A stretch of 64,000 nucleotides of DNA from an uncultured Gemmatimonadales bacterium (GTDB lineage: Bacteria; Gemmatimonadota; Gemmatimonadetes; Gemmatimonadales; Gemmatimonadaceae): NCBI GenBank assembly GCA_963850905.1, contig CAWKMU010000003.1:800001-864000 (forward strand). The letters are read 5' to 3'. How positions within the stretch are numbered: position 1 is the first letter of the stretch; the number at the start of each line of letters is the position of its first letter. Positions 58,588 through 64,000 of this stretch are shown in pieces. The notes beneath the pieces were generated by a model that was not told the origin of the DNA, did not search any database, and saw only the letters and a list, made by a program, of their open reading frames with translations. The position numbers and the translations under genes are program-made.

Positions 58588-60086
58588 CAGCCTCCGCCCC
58601 CCATTCCCGGCACCGGCTGCGGCGAATCATACATCGAGTCCGCCGTCGCACTCAGTCCAAGTTGTTGAGCGGTGTTGCTGCCCCAACAGTACATCACGTT
58701 GTTCGTCGTATAGCCGCAGGTGGACGTGCCACCCGCCATGATCGTTTTGAACGTCAGCCCACCGACCACGATGGTCGGCGTGGCCCCGCTCGACGAGAAC
58801 GATCCCGACCCGAGGGCGCCGTGATCATTGGCGCCCCAGCAGTACGCCGCGCCCGACGCAGTCAGCCCGCACGCGTGCGGACCGAACATCGAGATCGCGG
58901 TGAAGGTGAGTCCGGACATCTGCACTGCGGTGGGGGTGTATTCCGTGCTGGTCGTTCCGTTGCCGTTGACTTCGGAGCCCCAACAGTAGACCGTGCCGCC
59001 GCTGGCCAAGCCGCAGACAGCGATCGTTCCGACTGCGAGTGAAGTAAAGACCTGGCCGCCCGCGACGAGTTTCGCCGAGTCGGTCCACGCCGGCGAGCTA
59101 CTGCCGATCCCCAACGCACCTTCGGAGTTGCTTCCCCAACAGTATGCTGCACCGGCCGTGCTGAGCGCGCACGCGTATTGAGACCCGGCGGCAACCGATT
59201 TGAAAGTCACTCCGCTCGGGACACTAACCTTGGCGGGCGCCCAGCGATGGACGGTATCGCCGGTGCCGTCAGCCCCCTGGCCGTTGGGTCCCCAGCAGTA
59301 CGCCACGCCGCTCGACATGCCGCAGCTATTGCCCCAGCCGACGCTGACCGAAGTGAAGGTCATGCCGCTACCGGCGCTGACCGGCGTCGTGTACGGGGAA
59401 CCGCCCGGGGCCGTTCCGTTTCCGAAGTTCCCGTAGCTCGGATCTCCCCAGCAGTACAGCGCGCCGCCGGTCGCGACACCACACGCTACAAAGATCCCGG
59501 CGCTGATCTGAGTGAAGGTGTGGTTGCCCGATACCGGGACCGGACCCGTGTGCGCGGTCGTTGTGCCATTGCCAAGCAAGCCACTGAGACTGTTACCCCA
59601 ACAAAACGCCGCACCCTGGCTCGTCAGCCCGCAGCTGGCGAACAGCCCAGCGGAGAGATTGGCTGCACCGTTCGCGAGCACGATGAAGGACGATCCGCTA
59701 AACGTGACGCTGTGACCGTTGATAGCAGCGCTCACCGTGTACGCACCGGGCAAGCCGCTCAGAACCGGCGAGAACTGGGCCTGACCGCTCGCGTTCGTCG
59801 TCGTGATGTTCTGCTGCTGCGATCCGCCAAACATCGTCGTCAACCATGACACCGAAGTGCCGGTGACCGACTGGCCCACCGAGTCCGTGACTTTGACCAC
59901 CAACGGCTTGGGGATCGTCGCCTCGTATGCGCCCGTTTGGCTGTCGCCGCTGACTTTTGCGATGTTGGTCGGAGTGCCGCCCGACGGCCCCGTCGCGCTG
60001 CCGCCGCTGCTCGAACCGCAGGCCACGACAATCGCTGTCGTGACAATGGCCAGGAACGCGTACAATCGCTGCTCGTGCCGCCGCAT
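58587..60086 (-). CDS. Ig-like plus RCC1-repeat lipoprotein
   Basis: Lipobox VVAC; KVSGDSQTG Ig motif; seven CG...G.AYCWG.N..G.LG repeats. Confidence 0.88.
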   Translation of the reverse strand: MRRHEQRLYAFLAIVTTAIVVACGSSSGGSATGPSGGTPTNIAKVSGDSQTGAYEATIPKPLVVKVTDSVGQSVTGTSVSWLTTMFGGSQQQNITTTNASGQAQFSPVLSGLPGAYTVSAAINGHSVTFSGSSFIVLANGAANLSAGLFASCGLTSQGAAFCWGNSLSGLLGNGTTTAHTGPVPVSGNHTFTQISAGIFVACGVATGGALYCWGDPSYGNFGNGTAPGGSPYTTPVSAGSGMTFTSVSVGWGNSCGMSSGVAYCWGPNGQGADGTGDTVHRWAPAKVSVPSGVTFKSVAAGSQYACALSTAGAAYCWGSNSEGALGIGSSSPAWTDSAKLVAGGQVFTSLAVGTIAVCGLASGGTVYCWGSEVNGNGTTSTEYTPTAVQMSGLTFTAISMFGPHACGLTASGAAYCWGANDHGALGSGSFSSSGATPTIVVGGLTFKTIMAGGTSTCGYTTNNVMYCWGSNTAQQLGLSATADSMYDSPQPVPGMGGGG

Positions 60087-60153
60087 TGGAATTCCCCGTT
60101 TGCTGTGCAAGCAGGACGAGCGGCGCGGGATGGGAGAAACGGTTGTGTGGCCG

Positions 60154-61101
60154 CTACCCGGCCTTCCGCAGCTCCACCGCCAATCCCCACGGATCCCGGG
60201 TCACATACCCATCGACGGATGGCACGACATCGGCCCCTGAGCGCCGCAGGTTCTCCGCTGCAGCAGCGACCGCCGCGTCGTCGGGAAGCAGGAGCTGCCA
60301 TCGCAGCAGCCCGGCGTCGTCAGCACCGGCCGGAGTCGTGTTCGCGGCAAACGTGTTCAGTGCGACGTGGTGATGGTATCCGCCGGCCGAGACGAACAAG
60401 ATGCCAGGGAAGGCGGTCCAATTCACTTTGCTGAATCCGAGCCCGGCGTGATAGAACGATTCCGCGCGCGGGAGGTCGCCGACGTAGAAGTGCATGTGGC
60501 CAATCGTCGTTCCCGCTGGCAGACCTGAGTACGGATGGGGCCCGCCTTCCCGGAGCACGGCGTCGATGTCGAGAGGTTCGGTCGGACCGACCAACTCGCC
60601 GGTCCCGTTCACGACCCATTCGCGGCGCGGTCGATCGCGGTAGACCTCGACGGTGATCCCGTCGGGATCGGTCAGATAGGTCGCCTCACTGAAGAAATGG
60701 TCGGCAGCATTGACGTGCGCCCGAACCGCTGCGGCGTGCCGGAGGAACCGCCCCAGATCGCCACGGCTCGGCAAGAGCACCGCAAAGTGGTAGATACCAA
60801 TGCGGCCCCGCGGTGGGATAGGCCGCACCGAGGCCTTCTCACGAAGTTCTAGCAGGGGGCGACCATCCGCGCGAGCGCCAAGCACCGCTGATCGTTGACC
60901 CGAGTCGTCGGACCGGCCGAGGACGTGAAAGCCGATCACGTCGCGGTAGAACGCCAGGGAGCGGTCGAGGTCTGCAATCTGGAGTGTGACACCCCCAATG
61001 TGCGTGTCATCGGGCAGTCGAAATCCGGGTGGGCGCACGCCGACGCGGTCGCTGCTGAGCGACGGATACGGGACCAGGAGGGCGTCGTCTGCTGCTCTCA
61101 C
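60154..61101 (-). CDS. VOC family protein (CatE-like two-domain dioxygenase/glyoxalase)
   Basis: L.IADLDRSLAFY, GIYHFAVLLP, DHFFSEATYL.DPDG..VEVY, IGHMH, AGGYHHHVALN. Confidence 0.85.
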   Translation of the reverse strand: MRAADDALLVPYPSLSSDRVGVRPPGFRLPDDTHIGGVTLQIADLDRSLAFYRDVIGFHVLGRSDDSGQRSAVLGARADGRPLLELREKASVRPIPPRGRIGIYHFAVLLPSRGDLGRFLRHAAAVRAHVNAADHFFSEATYLTDPDGITVEVYRDRPRREWVVNGTGELVGPTEPLDIDAVLREGGPHPYSGLPAGTTIGHMHFYVGDLPRAESFYHAGLGFSKVNWTAFPGILFVSAGGYHHHVALNTFAANTTPAGADDAGLLRWQLLLPDDAAVAAAAENLRRSGADVVPSVDGYVTRDPWGLAVELRKAG

Positions 61102-61114
61102 GATGCCACCGGAG

Positions 61115-62467
61115 TCAGGCGTTGCGTTGCTCCACTGCTCCGAGGAACACCTCACGCAGGCGACGCGCCACGAGCAGCTCCTCGCCATCTCGCAGCACGC
61201 GCGTACGCGCTGTCGCGTGCCAGACGGTCGTGCCGGGGTCCTGTGTGAGAATGACTTCGAGTTGCACGCGCGGAGATCCCTGCAAGAGCCGCTCACGCAG
61301 CGTCTCGCGTGTGAGCGGGATGTGCCGTTCGTCCCAGCGGAGATCAGCGTCCCCGAACCCCGCCGTGTTGAGCGCGTAGGTCGCGGTCAGTCCCGGCACG
61401 CCCTGCAGGCGAGCCACGATCCGTCGCGCGCGTTCGTTCCATCGCTCCGTCTCGGCCGCGTGGTCCTGTTGGACGAATCGCTCGAGCGCGACGATGAGCC
61501 CGACGATTTCCTCTTTGCCGACCTTCATGCCTCGACCCACATTGTCATTCGGGCTGGCATTGAGCCGGGCGGCCTCGATCAGCGAGCGTTTTCCGAGCAG
61601 GATGCCGGTGGCTTGCGGGCCACTAATGCACTTGCCACCGCTCAGCACGACGAGGTCCGCTCCGGCCGAGAGGAAGCGGTGGACGTTCCCCCACGGCGGG
61701 AGATCGGATGCCATGTCGATGAGGACCGGTACGCCCGCCTTGTTGCCGATCGCGATCAGCTCCTCCGGCTTGACGAGGTGTGCGTCGGGAGGCGGAGCCC
61801 GGTGGATCTCGAAGGGGGGCGCGAAGACGCCCTGTCGTTCGGCGATGCTCAAACCGGCGATCATTGCCGTCCGATCGCTGAGATGCGCTTCGAGGTCCTC
61901 GCGCGTCTTGGCTTCGACGATCGTCGCTCCAGCCGAGCGGTAGGCTCGATCGTAGTCGAATCGCTGGGCACTTTGGATCAGGCATTCGCACCGGGGCCAC
62001 GTGGGGTGCGGCAGCAACTCGGCCTTGTCCTTGTCCGTCCCTGTCAGACATGCCGCGGCGCCAAGGAGTAGCGCGGAGAACCCGCCACACGTGATCATCG
62101 CGGCCTCGGCGCCCAGAAGCTCCGCGGCGCGACGGCCGGCAGCGTCGTTGAGCTCGACCATGTCGACGAAATAGTCGTTCGCCTCGGTCATGGCCGAGAG
62201 CACTTCAGGCGGCATCCGACCGCCGCCGAGCCGCGAAATGTGCTCATGCGCGCCCAGATGCGGGCGCACGCCGAGCAGTCGGGTGTAGATGTTGTTGTCG
62301 AGGTCGCGTTGCGTGTTCGCAGCGCCTGGGGTCCGGACCGCCGCATTCGGCATTTCGCTGATGCTGCAGCCGGTCGCCGCTACGAGACCAGCGCTCGCCA
62401 ACCCGGCAGAAGCGAGCGCAGCCGAGCCAAGAAACTCGCGGCGATCAACCAGGATCCCTTCGGACAT
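61115..62467 (-). CDS. SelA/DgaE-like PLP-dependent enzyme with Tat signal
   Basis: DRREFL Tat motif; IYTRLLGVRP, GADLVVLSGGK (PLP Lys), GRGMKVGKEEIVG. Confidence 0.8.
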   Translation of the reverse strand: MSEGILVDRREFLGSAALASAGLASAGLVAATGCSISEMPNAAVRTPGAANTQRDLDNNIYTRLLGVRPHLGAHEHISRLGGGRMPPEVLSAMTEANDYFVDMVELNDAAGRRAAELLGAEAAMITCGGFSALLLGAAACLTGTDKDKAELLPHPTWPRCECLIQSAQRFDYDRAYRSAGATIVEAKTREDLEAHLSDRTAMIAGLSIAERQGVFAPPFEIHRAPPPDAHLVKPEELIAIGNKAGVPVLIDMASDLPPWGNVHRFLSAGADLVVLSGGKCISGPQATGILLGKRSLIEAARLNASPNDNVGRGMKVGKEEIVGLIVALERFVQQDHAAETERWNERARRIVARLQGVPGLTATYALNTAGFGDADLRWDERHIPLTRETLRERLLQGSPRVQLEVILTQDPGTTVWHATARTRVLRDGEELLVARRLREVFLGAVEQRNA

Positions 62468-62786
62468 GTTCACATTCCCTGCTGGGCGCCCCCCACTGCA
62501 GGCGCGTGGTGTTCCGATGCAACCGATAGCTTCCCGCCCCGTGAGAGGTAAGTCAACCCAAGCCTCTCTGTCTCCGAGGGTTACCGCCGTCGTGTCCACC
62601 CCAAACAGGTGTTACGCCCACGAGGGAGCGATCAACTCCTGCACCCCGGTAGAGACCCGGCATTGCGTGTGACACATGTCACAGCCCCGCAGTGCGCCCG
62701 ACGCTTTATTTGGGGCTCCCCGCACCACACGCGCGCGGTACATCGATCGGCCGCGCCCCTGTACCGTAACCCTGCGAGCCAACCGG

Positions 62787-63035
62787 ATGGGGAATCTGTT
62801 CAATAGCATGGAGTTCGTCTGGCGCAAACGCGCCGACGAGAGCGAAGAGCCCCAAGTCCCGCGCAACGTGTCGCGAGCCGAGCGCATCCGTCGCGAGCGC
62901 GTGGCCGCCCGCATGCGCCGCGACCCCGTATTCGCGGACTTCACCGCCGAAGCCCAAGACAAGCTGATTCGCGCCGCGCTGACGGACAGCTGGGATTCGG
63001 TCTTGCCCCGGCTACCGAGGATTGGGCCGGAGTAG
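62787..63035 (+). CDS. Small hypothetical protein (82 aa)
   Basis: ATG-initiated, GC3-rich ORF ending just before a repeat element. Confidence 0.5.
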   Translation: MGNLFNSMEFVWRKRADESEEPQVPRNVSRAERIRRERVAARMRRDPVFADFTAEAQDKLIRAALTDSWDSVLPRLPRIGPE

Positions 63036-63045
63036 CGGGACGGCA

Positions 63046-63158
63046 AACGGCGGGGTCGGGGATCAGGGATCAGGAGCAAATCGAAAGGCCAGTCGCCGTG
63101 AACTGCGACTGGCCTTCTGAGTTAGTTCCCCCGACCCCTGACACCTGACCCCGCCGTT
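63046..63158 (+). repeat. Heptamer-arm element with inner hairpin, no REP core, overlapping the msrA stop
   Basis: AACGGCGGGG...AAGGCCAGTCGC-CGTGAACT-GCGACTGGCCTT...CCCCGCCGTT. Confidence 0.88.
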
Positions 63159-63838
63159 CAGCCCTTGTACTCCACCCACAACCCCGGCCACTCGCTCTTG
63201 AGGTGCTCCACCTTCGGCTTGTCGTTGATAATGATGTACAGCGAGGCCGGGTGGTGCACGTAGTAATCCTGGTGATAGTCCTCGGCCGTGTAGAACGCCT
63301 TCAACGGCGAGACCTCCGTCACGATGCGAGCAGGGAACACGTTCGCTTTCGTTAGTTGGTCGACATACGCCTTGGCGATGCGTTCCTGCTCAGGCGATGA
63401 GAACCAGATCGCCGAGCGATATTGCGTGCCCACATCGGGGCCTTGCCGATTTAGTTGTGTCGGATCGTGGCCCACCGAGAAGAACACCTTCAGCAGCTGG
63501 CCATACGAGATTTGCGACGGATCGTACACGATCTGCACCGACTCAGCGTGGCCCGTCGCCCCGGTGCTGACCTCTTGATATGAGGGCGACACGGCGTCGC
63601 CGCCCGAGAATCCCGACGTCACTTTGATGACGCCCTTCACGTGTTCGAACACTGCCTGGATTCCCCAGAAGCACCCTCCGGACAGCACCGCGGTCTCCTT
63701 GCCCGCCGTGGGCGCCAACGGCGCATCGACGATGGGCTCGGGCACTCGGACCGCGGGCTCAGGGCCGCTCGTTAAGACGGTGGCCGAGGGAGTGAATGTC
63801 AATGAGGCAACAACCAGGCGTAGGATCGGAAGAAGCAT
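63158..63838 (-). CDS. msrA: Peptide methionine (S)-sulfoxide reductase with signal-like N-terminus
   Basis: GGCFWG, GHAESV, HDPTQLNRQGPDVGTQYRSAI, AEDYHQDY; GGAG RBS. Confidence 0.95.
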   Translation of the reverse strand: MLLPILRLVVASLTFTPSATVLTSGPEPAVRVPEPIVDAPLAPTAGKETAVLSGGCFWGIQAVFEHVKGVIKVTSGFSGGDAVSPSYQEVSTGATGHAESVQIVYDPSQISYGQLLKVFFSVGHDPTQLNRQGPDVGTQYRSAIWFSSPEQERIAKAYVDQLTKANVFPARIVTEVSPLKAFYTAEDYHQDYYVHHPASLYIIINDKPKVEHLKSEWPGLWVEYKG

Positions 63839-63899
63839 GGTACGCTCCTCTAAGGAGACGCTCTGTAGACGCTCTGTACGTAGCGAAAGATAGTGCGTT

Positions 63900-63987
63900 T
63901 GGGATCGGGGGTCCCCGGAGCAAATCGCGGCCGCTTACAATAACGTGTCTCTAACCGGGTTGCCTTTCCCGATCCCGAGTCCCGGCG
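63900..63987 (+). repeat. Degenerate heptamer-arm element
   Basis: GGGATCGGGG..GGAGCAAATCG...TTCCCGATCCCGAGTCCCG. Confidence 0.5.
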
Positions 63988-64000
63988 TCGCCCACCTTAT

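Noticed and set aside
61115..62467. True selA / selenocysteine machinery
   Set aside because: It carries a Tat signal, and no selB, selC or selD is in the window.

Overview
GC-rich bacterial chromosomal segment with about 55 protein-coding genes. It most resembles Gemmatimonadota (inference from the Hanks-type Ser/Thr kinases, the SusC-type TonB receptor, the Ig/NHL/RCC1 lipoproteins, the CHAT protein and several Tat substrates). I found no rRNA, tRNA, CRISPR array, integrase or transposase. Recognisable genes: ROK kinase, CHAT protease, GRP sugar transporter, TetR regulator, cold-shock protein, ispG, a split IorB/IorA molybdoenzyme pair with an ECF sigma/anti-sigma/Spy cassette between them, M61 peptidase, Tet-type MFS, OmpA protein, HTH-TOBE regulator, CPBP protease, an M20 deacylase/PLP transsulfuration enzyme/phosphoesterase operon, PLP decarboxylase, MOSC, DinB, a VPS10/BNR hydrolase, P450-soxC-soxD, SusC-like receptor, DUF305/LVIVD pair, VOC, SelA-like enzyme and msrA. 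Three things stand out. (1) A dense family of modular intergenic elements built from AAC...GTT ends, inverted heptamer-repeat arms, a covarying inner hairpin and a GTAG-type REP core. Every copy I found points the same way on the + strand regardless of flanking gene direction, and several overlap stop codons. (2) A LysR HTH fused to an apparently inactive Ser/Thr kinase domain, with a perfect ATAG-N7-CTAT LysR box in the divergent intergenic region. (3) Two tandem signal-peptide-bearing Hcp-like proteins with no T6SS genes in the window. Single-base indels break ispG, one Hcp-like gene and the BNR hydrolase and are probably assembly errors. All family assignments come from motif recognition by eye; no database search was run.
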